Of a stretch of DNA of 64,000 nt, positions 13,130-27,034 are shown piece by piece. The notes below the pieces were generated by a model. It saw only the letters and a program-made list of their open reading frames with translations, ran no database searches and had not been told where the DNA came from. Position 1 is the stretch's first letter. The number at the start of each line of letters is the position of its first letter. The stretch lies in the NCBI RefSeq assembly GCF_009914755.1, contig NC_060941.1, one strand, 5' to 3'. The DNA is from the human T2T-CHM13v2.0 reference genome, Homo sapiens. The position numbers were made by a program, and so were the translations under genes.

Positions 13130-13820
13130 GACCAGATGGAGAGACCTTTCTGGAGATGGCATGCACACTTCCAGATAGGAGCTGGAACATTTCCAGAAAT
13201 GGAATGTTTTTAGAAATGAGACATGGTGTTTCTGGAGACAGGATGAGGACGTTTCTAGAGAAGAGATGAAAAGCATTTCTGGAGGAGGGGCATTTCTGAA
13301 GATGAAATGAGAACATTTCTGGAGATGGGAGAGGGCATTTTTGAGGAGTAAAGATGAGGCTTTTCTGGATTCTGAGCATTGCTAGAGATGGAACATTTCT
13401 GGAAATGGATTCTTTCTAGAGAGAAACTAGAATACTTCTGGAAGTGGTGTGTTTTTGAAGATGATGCTGGAGTATTTCTGGAAATAAAATAGGGCACTTC
13501 TGAAGATGAGGTATTTTTGGAGCTGAAATGCAACATCTCTGGAGATGGGATATGGCATTTCTGGAAGTGGAACATTCTTGGAGTTAGGGTGGAGCCTCAG
13601 TAGACCACTGGCATTTCTGGAGATGGATTACATTTGAAGATGACGGGGAATATTTCTGGAGATAAGATGGAGCATTTCTGGAAATGGAACATTTTGGAGC
13701 TGGGGAATTTCTGGGTTAAAATGAAGCATTTCTGGGGAAGAAACAGGTCATTCTCAGAGAAGGGACATTTTTTGGATTGAGGATGGGACATTTCTAGGGA
13801 AGGAGTTTTCTGAAGATGAG
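13130..13820. repeat. Degenerate tandem array, unit ~GAACATTTCTGGAGATG (17 bp, often +5 bp)
   Basis: Roughly 30-35 recurrences (by eye) of catttctgg/ttctgaagatg variants at 17-22 bp spacing. Confidence 0.85.
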
Positions 13821-16800
13821 GGGGTCATAGCTCAGCCTGGCTGTTTCAAGGCCACTTGAGGAGGCAATAGGGGAGGGTCTCAGGGGCCCAGAGACCCCAC
13901 CTGTGGTCCTTGTTTTGCACATGGCCCGAGGGAGGGTCTTGCCCAGACTCACTCCTGCTGAGCTGCAGAGTGGGCTTCTGAGGAACCTTTCCAGAATGCA
14001 GCCTTTGCCACCCCCTGGCCCAAAACCCTGGCCTGTGCTGGAATACTACCAGAGGGAGGCCAGAGCTGCCCAGTCTTACTCTTGGGGTCCCTACCTGCTT
14101 CTGGTGGGGTCCTGGCAGCCTCTAGGCTCACCACAGGGATAGGCAGTGACTGAATGGTTAAATTTAATTTAATTCAATTTTGTCAAGCCAGCTGAGGCTT
14201 GCTCCCCAGCCCCCTCTGCCAGAAGCCTGTACCTTTCCTCCAGTCCCCCGCCCCATATCCCCCTACCATGGGGATACCTGAGGGTGGCCTTATTGCAGCA
14301 GACAGATGGAGGGGGGCTACAAGGCTGAACATGGGCAAGGGTCCAGGGCCCTTCTCGGGCTCAGCCTGATTTCAGGGCGGGGGGCCCCAGCCACCTCCGC
14401 CTACTCCAGAGAAGCAGATATTGAGGCCTGTCACCACTTGAGCAGGCCTGGAGCCCCAGAGTAATTATTTCTCTTCCTTAATTGAAATTTCAGCCTCAGT
14501 GATCCAGCCTCAGAAGTGTAAGGCAGGCACAGAGACCCTGCCCCTGGTGGGGGGAGGGGGCGCCCCCCACCCTGGCCCCAGAAGGAGGGAGGCAGTGCCA
14601 TCCCAGGGGGGCAGGTGGCTTCACATGCTGGTGGGTGGGCATGAGGTGGACGGCTGCTGGTCAAGGAGGCAGGGTCAAGGGGGCCAGTATGGCATAGTAT
14701 GGCCTGAGCACTCAGTATGGCCTGAGTATGGCTCAGGCCAGTATGGCAGCTGCCATGGGAAGGTTGGGCCTCTCCCTCTGACTCCTGACAGAGGAAGGTG
14801 AGGGGGTTGATCTAGGCTAAGGTAGCATGAGGGAGTGAGTACCAGGAGACTGCTGCCTCCTCCCACATCTGGCGGGCACTGAGGGGTGGGCTGGGGTGGG
14901 TGAGGGGCTATGGTGTGAGTGGGGCGGGCTGGCTGGCGGCAGGCCCAGTTCCTGGTTCAGGGCTGGGTGAGGCGGCTGGCCTGGCGGGGCGGGGTGGGGT
15001 GGGCAGGAGGGTGCAGCTGAGGAGCCTGTTTTCCCGGCTGCTGCGGTCAGGCTGGGAGGAGCCTCCGCCACCTGGGTGGTCCCTGCTGCCCTACACGGCC
15101 TTGGGCCTGGCCTGTCTGCGGGTGAAGGCGGGGGCAGAGGACTCCAGGGACCAGCAGGAAACTGGGAGAAGCCATGGGCTTGAAATGAGCCTGGGGTCCA
15201 CCCCTCCGTGAGCTTCTCAAGGTGGCTCTGAGGTGCTGGGGTAAACGTAGCAACTGCCAGCTTGCAGCTGTGTGTGTCTGAACTCAGGCAACCCAGGCAC
15301 CACACAGGAAGCTGCTGTACTCACTGGACCCTGATGGGCTGCAGAGGGCCAGAGAGTCTACTTGTGAGCCCTTCTGGGTGTCAGTCTTCTCCATCTGGGG
15401 AATGGGTTGGCTTGGTGGGAGTTTTCAGGCCTGCATTACCTTCAAAGGGCTCATGCTGCAAGCATGGGCTGTCCTCCCTGTTTTTATAAGTACACGGGCC
15501 CCAGCCTTACCCAGACAGCCCAGCACGCTGCCCGTAGTATCCTGGGGAAGGGCAGCAGCTGTCATCAGTGTTATTTCTGAGGTGTGTTTTCCTGGCAACC
15601 AGGAAATTTCTGTCAGTGGGAACAGCCTGCCCAAGGCCTCCTCCACCCCTGGGGAAGACAAGTTGTATGACAAGGGAGACAGAGGCAATTCAAAGTGAAG
15701 AACGGGAGTGAGGCCGCCTCCTCCGTGCATATTGCTCACACACTGGGGCAGCCACGTGCCCAGTAAAGGCTCTCTTGAAAACCGTGGAGATAGGAGCCAA
15801 GCTCTGCAAGGCCCTGACTAGCTCACCTGACCCCTGGCATCTAGAAGCTCACAGCCTATTCTTGGTGGAGGTGTGGCTATGGCTGCCCTCCAAGGAGGGG
15901 AAGACAGAGATGGCTGGACAGGATGGGACAAGCCAGCCCCCAGGAGCTGGGGAAGCGAAGGTGGGTGCAAATGAAAACGCAGAATCCCATTTGCAGTCCA
16001 TTTGCTTAGCAGCCCTGACCAGGAGGGAGAGAAAGAAGAGGGCAGAGCAGGGAGAGATGGGGAGGGATAAGGATACAGAGAGAGAATCTGGCAGCCAGGG
16101 GTCAGGGAGCCTTTGGCCGTAAGGCCTGGGATGCCTGCTGCTTACTGAGGCTGTGGCCCCTCCTGCCTTCCAGAGCTAAGAAAGCTTTGCTCTGTCTCAG
16201 CTCCAGACACCGCATCCCCACCACACATTCCAGCACCTGCCTGCTTCCCCTGACCTCTGGCTGCCCCACAGACCCCATCCCTACCTCCACTCCTTGGGGA
16301 TTTTGAGGTCTTATGCCACCACTCCACTCTGAGCAGGCTCAGTCTCCCTGTGTTGGTGGTGGTGCGGGGTGGTGAGAGTGGTCCTGGAGCAGTGGGAACT
16401 ACCCGGAGGCCACCTGGGGTGGGTCCCAGGCACCAGTCCAGCTGGCCAGTGGGCCACGGGGGCTGACCTTGTCACCTTGGGCCCAGATGGAGGGCAGCGG
16501 TGCTCGGCCCTTCCCCCAAGCACATACAGCCGCTGAGCTAACATGACTCACCGCGTGGCAGCTCCCTCTCCCCACTGGGAGTGGGGATGGAAGCCTCCAG
16601 ATGCTGCAGCCCCACCCTGAGGGAATCACAGGCCAGGCTGAGCCCTTCCAAAGTGGGGATAGCTGGGGATCAGACATCAGCATCCATTGAAGGGGGTGTT
16701 CACCCGCATGGGGTAAGCCCTGTGCCTGGGACTCTGGGCTTAGTGCCCAGCTAGGGCCTTGGGAGACCCTTGGGCTTCTCTGTGCTCAGGGGGAAAGGAG

Positions 16801-17676
16801 CTGTGCAGCCTCTAGGGGTCCTGCCTGCCCCAAGCTGTGCTGGTGGTCCAGGCCCCCTTTGGGGAGGACCCTGGCCAGGGGTCCCTAGCTCCTCCTCTGT
16901 CATCCAGAGAACCCTTAGGTCCCAGGGGCTGGTGGTGTTCCTCTTCCTCAGAAACACTACCTGCAAGACTGGAACCCTAACACAGCCACCTCTGGAGAGT
17001 TGGGGGTCACCCATCTCTTCTTTGCTCCCCACCCACCCTGGTGGAAGTGGTTCATCTGCTCTGAGCCCTAAAGAGGACCAGGTGGGAAAGAGGCCTGATG
17101 CCGTGCTGGGGGCTTCGAATAGGTACAGGCACTTCTCTAAGGTTGCTGTGTAGGGCAAGAAAATCAGCTCAGAGAGTGAATGAATTTGCCCCAGGCCACG
17201 TGGCCATCAGGTGGCCTGGCTGGGGTTTGAACCTGTCTTCTCAGAGCAAAGCTGACTTGGCTGCACCTCCCTGGACTTCAGCTTTCAGGGAGGGAGGTCC
17301 AGGCAGCAGGAGCCTGGGGGACAATGCTATTTTTCATATTGATTTTTGTATTGACCTGCATCCTGTTGCCCACCCCGGCAAGCCCCAGGACAGATCCCGT
17401 TTTGGTTTTCGCCAGAACAAAGCAGGCTGTGCTAGACCTGCCAAAGCAGATACTTCCTCAGAGCAGGTGAAAGGAAACTCAATCTTGTCTTTTGTTACTC
17501 AAGGAGGGAGTGAGGGAATGGCTTTGCCCTTGAACAGGGAGGCCGTGGGCGGGTGGGAGGGGTGGGTGAGGCAGTGTGGGGAGAGGGCAGGGGCACACAT
17601 ACCTGAGCCGAGACACCACCCCCGCCCGCCGTCAGAGCATCCGGAGTGTGGTGACCATGTTAGTATTCAGCACAAG

Positions 17677-17765
17677 CGCGCGCGCACACACACACACACA
17701 CACACTCGCGCACGCACACACGCACGCTCACACTCACACACTTAAGCGCACACGTACACGCACGC
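17677..17765. repeat. (CG)n(CA)n alternating purine-pyrimidine microsatellite
   Basis: gcgcgcgcgcacacacacacacacacacactcgcgcacgcacacacgcacg... Confidence 0.9.
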
Positions 17766-19008
17766 CTTTCTTTCCGTCTCTCCCCACCACCCTCCTGAGT
17801 CCCCTCTAAACCAGGAAGGTAGCATCTGACCAGCAGAGAAAAAAAGAGAGAGAAAGGAAAAGAGAAAAAGAGAGATTAGTGGGAAGAAAATCCGATTCTG
17901 GAGTTACCTTAGTTACCAGCTCCTAATGACTCGCAGGGCGGGCTCGGCCACCTTCCTGAGCAGGGGGACCCTCCCTCCCGGGCCCCTCCATCACCCCATT
18001 AATAAGACGGGGCCCTTGTTCATGAGTTCTGCCACAGAAAGGGAAGAATCAAGGACTTTTCAATAAGAGAGAACTCCCTGGGTGGTTTTGAATAGTTGCT
18101 TTTTGTGTGGCAGTGCGGGACTCGTCCTCGGCTCTCTGCCCTGGCCGCCTCCCTCAGCTGGCTCTGTCTGGAACTGCCTGCTCCTGGGTCTCCAGATGGA
18201 TGAGCTTGTTTCTCCGGGAGCTCAATCCTTTATTGTTCCTGCCTTTCCCCTCCTGACACCCTCAGCTTAGCAGAGGCCACAGGCAGCCTTTGCGTCTCAG
18301 GAAAGCAAGAGAATCCCCGAGGTGGTTCTAAAAAGGCTTAAAGCCCGGGAGTGGGGCTCAGCATGAAGGAAACAAAAGCACACTCCCCACATCCAGGGTG
18401 CTGGGCCTGTCGGCCAGGGCCAAGCTCACGGCCGTTGCTTCGGTGCCAGTGGAAGGGGAATGAATGGAGGAGAGACTGGGTGAGGGAGATGACGATAGAA
18501 CAGGAGGGAGATGGGTAAATCCGTTTTATCAGACGCTGCATATCTTAGGAAAGCACATTTCAGCTCTTTTGGCTTTTGGCAAGCTGGTCCTACCCTTTAA
18601 TTTTCTAATAAAAAGGAATTACGTTTGCTGAAAAGGCAGTAACCAGCTTCATGTCAGTGTCTCTTGTGGAGACCATAATTCCCGTCTTGGGTGCCTGCCG
18701 GCTCTGGGGTGGGAGGTGGGCTTCTGTGGCCACGGGTGATGATATTCAGGAGTCAAGGGGCAGGGACGTCAGGGCCCACAGCAGATGCCAGGCAGTGCCA
18801 CATGGCTTTGCCCTGCTTGCCCCACCCTGGCCTGTCCACTCCCAGCCCAGCCTCTGATCATGGTTCCAGGCTCACCACAGACAGGGCTGGCAGAGGCTCC
18901 CAAGACTCACAATAGACACTTAATGAATATTTGTGGAATGAATGAAGGAATTCTTACTGCCGAGGCCTGAGGTAGCAGGCAAGTTGCTCAGAGGGTCAGA
19001 TCTTGGTT

Positions 19009-19070
19009 TGAATGAATGAATGAATGAATGAATGAACGAGTGAATGAATGAATGAATAAAGGAATGAATG
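19009..19070. repeat. (GAAT)n microsatellite, probably expanded from an L2 tail
   Basis: tgaatgaatgaatgaatgaatgaatgaacgagtgaatgaatg; an L2 3' end lies at ~18880-18950. Confidence 0.85.
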
Positions 19071-19585
19071 TTCTCCAGAGTCTGAAACTATCTATCTGGA
19101 AGGACTAACCTCCAACCAACCCCACTCTCCCTAAGCTCTGGCACTGAATTCACTGGAAACTTTGCCAAAAATAATATCCCCTCTGCTTTTAACAAATAAT
19201 ATGCACTCGTTTTAAAAGAGAGAGAGAGACAGAAGTGTGTGAAGTCGCAAGTTCATGTCCATGCTGTCCCACACCTGAGTCCCCCAGAGCCAAGGGTGGG
19301 CACCCTTAGAAGGTCCTTTAGACCTTCCTCCAGGCTCTGGGAATCCCCTGCATTTCTTATCTGGTTTGGGGGTCCTTGCACACGCACTGTTCTACAACCC
19401 TATGGGGCCCCTCGGCCATCCCTGTCCCCAGTGAGATCTGGATGTGGTTCAGACCTCCCTGGGCTGCAGAGTGTCCCTTCCTGCTCTCCAACCTGGGAAC
19501 AGGAGCCAGGTATTTATGTAAGTCTCTGTGGGGTGAATGTAGGAAAACATTTTTGCTATTACAACTCCCTTCATTCCAGTCCCTG

Positions 19586-19849
19586 ATTTATTGATTTTTG
19601 AGACAGGGTCTCCCTCTGCAGCCCAGGCTGGAGTGCAGTGACATGATCACAGCTCACCATAGCCTCAACCTCCCAGGCTCAAACCATCCTTCCACCTTAG
19701 CCTCCCGAGTAGTTGGGACTTACAGTCACATGCCAACATACCCGGCTAATTTTTAATTTTTTGGTAGAGGTGGGATCTCACTATGTTGCCCAGGCTGGTC
19801 TCCAACTCCTGGGTTCATGTGATCCTCTTGCCTTGGCCTCCCAGAGTGC
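19586..19849 (-). mobile_element. AluJ
   Basis: gagacagggtctc...atcacagctcac...tctcactatgttgcccaggctgg (J diagnostics). Confidence 0.9.
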
Positions 19850-21090
19850 CTCCCAATGGGCTCACACCCCAGCCCCAGTTTTAAACAAGATCCTGAAGGC
19901 AGAACACTCACCATGGGTAGGCACTTGATAAATGGTAGCCTTTGTGATTTGGGAGGAATCTGTACCCAGTGCTATGCTTGGTTCCACATCCTAAGCATTG
20001 CTTGTGCCATACTATATGCCAGGCCCCCAGGGCGCAGGAACACACGGTTCCAGAGGGGTGTGGAGGCCCCTGAGTGGCAGCGTCCAGGAGCCCAGTCGCT
20101 GCCCCTGCCCGCAGCAGCCCATCACTGCTGGTATCCAGCCTCCTTCAGACTGGTGTATGCCACTGGAAACTCCAGGACATGTGCGCAGCAGACCCCACAC
20201 ACGTGGTTTCTCTGGGGCTGCCTCCTGACCCCAATGGGCAGGCACCAGGTCTCTGAAGCTCAGCTGGCAAATGTAGGAGCAGCCCAGGATTTGGCTGGTT
20301 GGGCACATGCACGGCTCCCGTCCTAGGACCTGACTTAATCTCAATCCTTAGAGGTGGCCTGGGAATCTGAATTGTTACTAGCCTCTTGGCTGCCATGGAT
20401 CCCTTCCAGGATCAGGAACTGGCATGAGGCATAGGAGGGCCAAGGACATCTTTTAGGCTGCATGGAGCCCGGATCCACTCTGCAGCCCCTGGCTGGGCCG
20501 TAGGAGAGCGGGCAGGCTCAGGGCAGGGAGGGGAGCTAAAAGGGAATGGAGGGGAGACCAGCAGGAGCTCTGTCTGCCCGATTCTGGTTTGGGCTGTGAG
20601 ACAGTCATTGCATTTTTTTGCACAGTTCTGGCCACACAGTATTTAAGAGGCTTTGCCTACAGACCTGAGTGACTGTGTGAATGGTGGCACTGGTGCATAC
20701 GGGGACGCCTGAGGAGGAACAGATTTGGGACTTGTCCACCTAGGACTCCCTGTGGGATTGCCAGTATCACCCCTCTTCGTCATTAATTCCCAGCTTGCCT
20801 GGGGGAGGCCAGGGGGTAGCATGGGGTTCGGGTTCCCCTAGGGTTCAAACACCAGCCCATCTGCCCTGGGTGGCCCTTCCCTGCTAAGAGCCTCAGTCTG
20901 CTGTTCTGTAAAGTGGGTCCAGCCATTTCTGTACCCTCAGGGTGGCCATGAGGGTCAGTAGCCAGAAAGGCAAGGCCCCACACAGAACTGGTTCACAGAA
21001 ATAGCAGGCAGTTTGTCAGGGGCAGCCTTGGCGTGGTTTTCATTCAAAATCATTTTTTAATTCCAAAAGAAAGGAAATGGTTGTAAATAA

Positions 21091-21456
<366 letters not shown>

Positions 21457-21994
21457 CTAGAGGTCTTTACTTTTACTAGTGTAATCTGAGTCTTTGACTC
21501 TGTTTGTGGGCATTTACATACACAATTAAATCTTTACTGTGTACCTACTGTGTGCTGAACCCCGAGGATTTCAGACCTTGAGCCCTGCTGTTAGGGGCTC
21601 TCACAGTCCTGGTGGGGAGACTGACCCCTAAGCTGATAAATGACCCCTCCATGGGGAGTGGGCCTGTAAAGTGATGATGGAAGAGGGTCCACAAAGGAGG
21701 GAACTAACTGTGGGTTGGCAGGACAGGGAATGGGGATCGGGGAACCTTGAAGGGACATGGAGTGTGAACTGGGACTCCACAGAGATCACAAGTTTTTAGG
21801 TAGAAGAAAGGAGAGGGAAAAGCTTGGAAGAGCATATTCTAAGGAAAGGGAGGTATTTGGGATGTGCTGACTTTGGAGTCCCTGTGGGATGGCCATGATC
21901 AACCCACTGTAGGGAGCCACCAAGGGGTTCTGGATCTTGGATGCCAGGCCATGGAGTTTCTGTTTTATTCTCTAAGTCAGGGAGCCATTGAAGG

Positions 21995-21999
<5 letters not shown>

Positions 22000-22025
<26 letters not shown>

Positions 22026-22291
22026 TTGTTTTTGTTTTTGTTTTTTTTGAGACAGGGTCTGTTGCCCAGGCTGGAGTGCAGTGGCACGATCTCGGCTCAC
22101 CGCAACCTCAGCCTCCTGAGTAGCTGGGATTACAGGCACGTGCCACCACGCCTGGCTATTTTTGTATTTTTTGGTAAAGACAGGGTTTCACCATGTTGGC
22201 CAGGCTGGTCTCAAACTCCTGACCTCAGGTGATCCACCCGCCTTGGCCTCCCAGAGTGCTGGATTATAGGCATGACCAACCACACCCAGCC
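22000..22291 (-). mobile_element. AluS with 32-bp right-arm deletion and (TG)n/(TTTTTG)n tail
   Basis: cgcaacctc|agcctcctgag lacks the 32-bp segment; (TG)n at 22000-22024. Confidence 0.92.
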
Positions 22292-23125
22292 CTGAAGGCT
22301 TTTAAGCAGGGAGGTAAGTGAGCTGGTCCAGCATGTGTTTTTAAAAACTCTTTCTCCAGCAGAGCTTACAGAAGGGTGAGCAGGGTGTACCCGGGGGGCT
22401 TGTGTGGAGTCCAGGCCAGGCAGGGACGGTGGCCAGCGGGTGGAGGAAGCCGTGAGGATGTGGCCGGAGGAGAGGGGCAGGCTTGGGCCCTGCGAGGTGG
22501 GTGCTGCCCTGGGCCATGATTGGGCATGAGTGGGGAGCCGAGCCATACCATGGCCGGGGACAGGGACTGGGTGCGTTGTTCCCACATGAGCGTTGTGGAG
22601 TTGGCATGCATTGGGAGGCATCCCTCTGGGCTCAGCCCCTGCCTACCAGGCCACCATTGCCCCTTTCTTGGCCAGCAGATCCTCCACCAGCACCTGTCAG
22701 CCCCGAGCACTGGAAACGGCAGCCGGCGGGGCCTTTGTGCTTCAGGATTCCTTCTCCAGGGACACGGGTGATAGCCAAGCCCGGCAGATGCCCCCGGGGG
22801 TGCCACCGTGCCCCCACTCGCCATCTCCGATGCTCAGCTGCTCCCCAGAATGAAAGACCTTGTCACAAAGGGAGGCAGGGAGAGGATGCGCTTCCGTGCC
22901 GCAGCCCATCTGGGAGCCAACGTTATTTTCCTGATTGAAGGAAACATCTGTTCAGTCCTCTTTCAGAGCGAGGCAGGCAGCGGACTGGGTCGGTCTGGCT
23001 CTGGGCAGGAGGTAGAGAACCTGGGCTGAGCCCAGAGCCCCTGCCCTAAGGGGTTTAAGAGGAGCTACCACCGTTCTCTGTCCCTCCCTAAACTGGGAGT
23101 TCAGGAGCTCCTGCCATCCCCTTAA

Positions 23126-23572
<447 letters not shown>

Positions 23573-24377
23573 TAGAGCCATGTTTTTGAAAGATACGGCT
23601 GCCAAACAAACTGCATTTATTACATAATGATTAATTCATCGCCCCCATTTCTTATTAATCAAAGACATCCATAACTGCCTATCTGAGCTTTGAGTTGGGG
23701 AGAGAACCAGCGGGGCCTCAAGCTGACAGCCTTCCCACCCAGATCAGGGGCACTGGTAGATTTGTGTCAGTGGAGCCTCATTTGGGGTAAATGCACAGTA
23801 CCCCTGAGGTTTCTAGAAGAAATGGAGACAGCTCACAGACCCCCACACGTCACCTCCCCAAACCCCTGGGGCTGCCTGGGATGTTTTATAACCCCTTCTC
23901 CAGCCAGCCCTGAGCTCAGGCTGGCTGCTTGGCACTTAGCCACTGGCTGACTAGTGGCCTGTCAGAGGATGTGGAAGATGGGGTGGGCCAGTCCCTGTTG
24001 CTGGAGGCTGCAATTAGTGGCAGCCTGGGAAGGAGACTGAAGCCTGGGCTGAGGTCAGGACCACTGGGCAGAGCTTGAGGTGAGGGCAACCGACATAGGG
24101 CTGTCCTGGCAGCCCATCCTGGGCTGAGAACGAATTCTAGGGTTCCAGGGGCATTTGACACGAGGCCGGCCACACTCTGAGGTTAGGGGCTTTTTCAAAG
24201 ATAGTTTGGTGGCAGGGGCCTAGAGTATGGGGAGTGCCGACTGATTGGGTTGGAGCTGCCCTCTTGTGCTTAGTCGCTTCTAGATGGAGGCCACAGGAGT
24301 GCTTGGTAGGTCCAGGTGGAGCCATCAATTGTCAGACATGCAAAAAACTTGAAAAGATATCTCAAAAGGGCCAGTCT

Positions 24378-24732
<355 letters not shown>

Positions 24733-25049
24733 GACACCCAATCTTCTTTACTCATTCATCTAACACTGACTGTGTGGCCTGGCACCCACCAGGAATGTCC
24801 CTGCCCTCAAAGTCTTTACAGGCTGTTGGAGATGGGGCAGATGCCCAAATAAGTCATTGTTGTCCCAGGTAGTGCCATGCCAGGGGCCATCCAGGGAGCT
24901 GAGGGCCCAGTAAAAAGGCACTTAAACTCAAATGCATGGAGAAGGGGACAGCCAGGGTGTGATTAGGGAAGACTTCCTGAAGGAGGTGCTGCTCCGAGAA
25001 GGTTGATTGGGTGGTTTTTGTAGGGGTTTTCTTGTTTCCACTTTTTAAA

Positions 25050-25230
25050 TAACTACTTCATGCCACATGCTATTAGGTGCTTTTCACATACATCGTCATG
25101 TTTAATTTGTACCAACAACCCTGTGAGATAGGAAATAGCTTCCGTATGTTAGCAGTGAGTAAGCTAAGGATCAGAGAGGGGAGGTTGCTTGGACAACTGG
25201 CTTAGCCATGATTAGAACTCCAATAGGTTC
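25050..25230 (-). mobile_element. MIR
   Basis: tttaatttgtaccaacaaccctgtgagatagg...cagagaggggaggttgcttgg. Confidence 0.65.
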
Positions 25231-26199
25231 TTAAATGATGATAGAAAAGGTGTAGGAGGATGGGAGCCGAGGCTGGCATACCTGGCAGAAGAAACAGTGT
25301 ACGCACGCGTATGTCGGTGGGGCACTGTGGTGTGGAGGGCTGCAGGGCTTGGTAGCACTGGAGTGAGCAGAGGCGAGCCTGAAAGCTGGCGGCAGGGACC
25401 TCAGGGGCCATGACAGGTATGTGAGTCAAGGGAGTGATGTGGTCCCGCTACAAATCACTGGGGGCTTCAGCCCCTAATGGGACCTCCTCTAGCTGCACCC
25501 CCCTCCCTGCCTGTGCCCTTTTTGGCACCTGGTGGCAGGCACACCTCAAAGAACTGCTGCATCTGTTCCTGCTTCTGACCTCAGGAGACAGCAGCAGGGC
25601 TGGCATGGAGCATCAGGGAAATGCACAACAACACATCAGCCCCTGGGGGCCTCCTGGATCTCCCCACGAATCCTGCAATACCCTTCACAACCATCCCCGT
25701 CCAGAAAGAGGCTGAATGGCGGCCAGCATCTGCCCGTCAGCAGAGAGTTCCCGCTCTTAGCACCAGCTCGCCTGAGCTGCCTCCAGGGACAGTCCTGCCC
25801 GCCTCCCCAGAGAGCCAGTGCTTCCGCTGCCGCCTAATAGCTCTCCCGGCTGGAGACGACTCTTGATATTTAGCCTGCGTGGCAGGAGCCTTAATAGCAG
25901 CAACTCTCCCTCCCTGCTCCTGCCTCCTGAGCCCCAGAGACAGCTCTGCTCACCTCCTAGCCGGCATCCTCCACGCACTGCCTAGGCATCAGGCGGAGGT
26001 CTTTCTGCCCACTCTTGGTAACATCAAGGAATGAATGAGCATCCAGGAGCACTTCGAGTGTGCTATTTTCTCCTCTGAGATTCAGAGATGCCCTTTGAGA
26101 GGCTATTAGCATGGCCACAATTTAAATATGAGGAAACTGAAATTCAGAGAGGGGATGTGATGGAGATGGCTCACTTTCGCTTCATCTTCCCCCCCTCTT

Positions 26200-26495
26200 G
26201 GTACCAGGAAGTGGACCATGCTCCTTCAGGCCTCAGGATCTTTGCCTCTGCTGGTCTTTCTTGCCTGGAACTCTCTCTCCTCCTTCTCTCTCATAGATCT
26301 CATCTCAGAGAAGCCTTCCTGCCCTGGTTTATTTACTAAGGTTGGTCCTTCTTGCCATACTGTAAGCTCCATGAAAGTGGGGAGTTCCCCTACCTTCTGT
26401 TGCTCCCCTCTGTATCCCCAGCACCCAGCATAGGGCATGTAGCTCCACTAGGGCCTCATTAAGTATTTATTGAATGAGCAAATGAGTGAATGGAT
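26200..26495 (+). mobile_element. L2 3' fragment
   Basis: ctgtaagctccatgaaag...tgtatccccagcacccagca...aagtatttattgaatgagcaaatgagtgaatg. Confidence 0.75.
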
Positions 26496-26504
26496 AAGCA
26501 CATG

Positions 26505-26800
26505 CCTGTACTAGTTAGGGTAAGATCAGCTGCAGCAACAAACCAACCTAGCATTTCTAGATGGAGGTTTGTATTTCCGGAGGATGGTGAGTATTTCTGG
26601 TGGGTGGAGGTTTCCTCCACATGGCAATGTGGCCGGGGCATGGTCTGCATCAAGCTGGCTTAGTGTGGAGGGTCCACCCTGGAAGGAGATATCACTTGCA
26701 TTCACATTCCATTGGCTGGAGCACAGTCATGTGACCATGCCCAGCTGCAAGGAAGGCTGGGAAATGTAGTCCAGCTGTGGCTCCAAGGACGGAGAACAGG
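26505..26800. mobile_element. Old ERVL/MaLR LTR (LTR33/MLT1-like)
   Basis: ttcacattccattggctggagcacagtcatgtgaccatgcccagctgcaaggaaggctgggaaatgtagtcc. Confidence 0.65.
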
Positions 26801-27034
26801 TTTTCGTGACTCCAAATCTTCCCATAGGTTGCTGTATTGGTCTCTCTAATCAGCAGAGCCAACCGTTACCGAGTCCTTGTCACTATACCCTGTTGTAAGC
26901 CCTTTTCTCAAATTAGTCCATTTTATTCTTACAACAGCCCTACAGGAGGGTATTATAATTAGCCCAGTTTACTGATGAGCAGGCAGGGGCTCAAATGACA
27001 TGTTAAGGGGAAAATACCCATTAGAAACATGATG

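Noticed and set aside
12929-13791. ORFs with repeated FQKC/SPEM peptides, superficially zinc-finger-like
   Set aside because: They are translations of the DNA tandem array. The same peptides appear in different frames and there is no C2H2 spacing.
13130-13820. CRISPR-like repeat-spacer array
   Set aside because: Units are degenerate and contiguous, with no unique spacers and no cas genes, in primate DNA.
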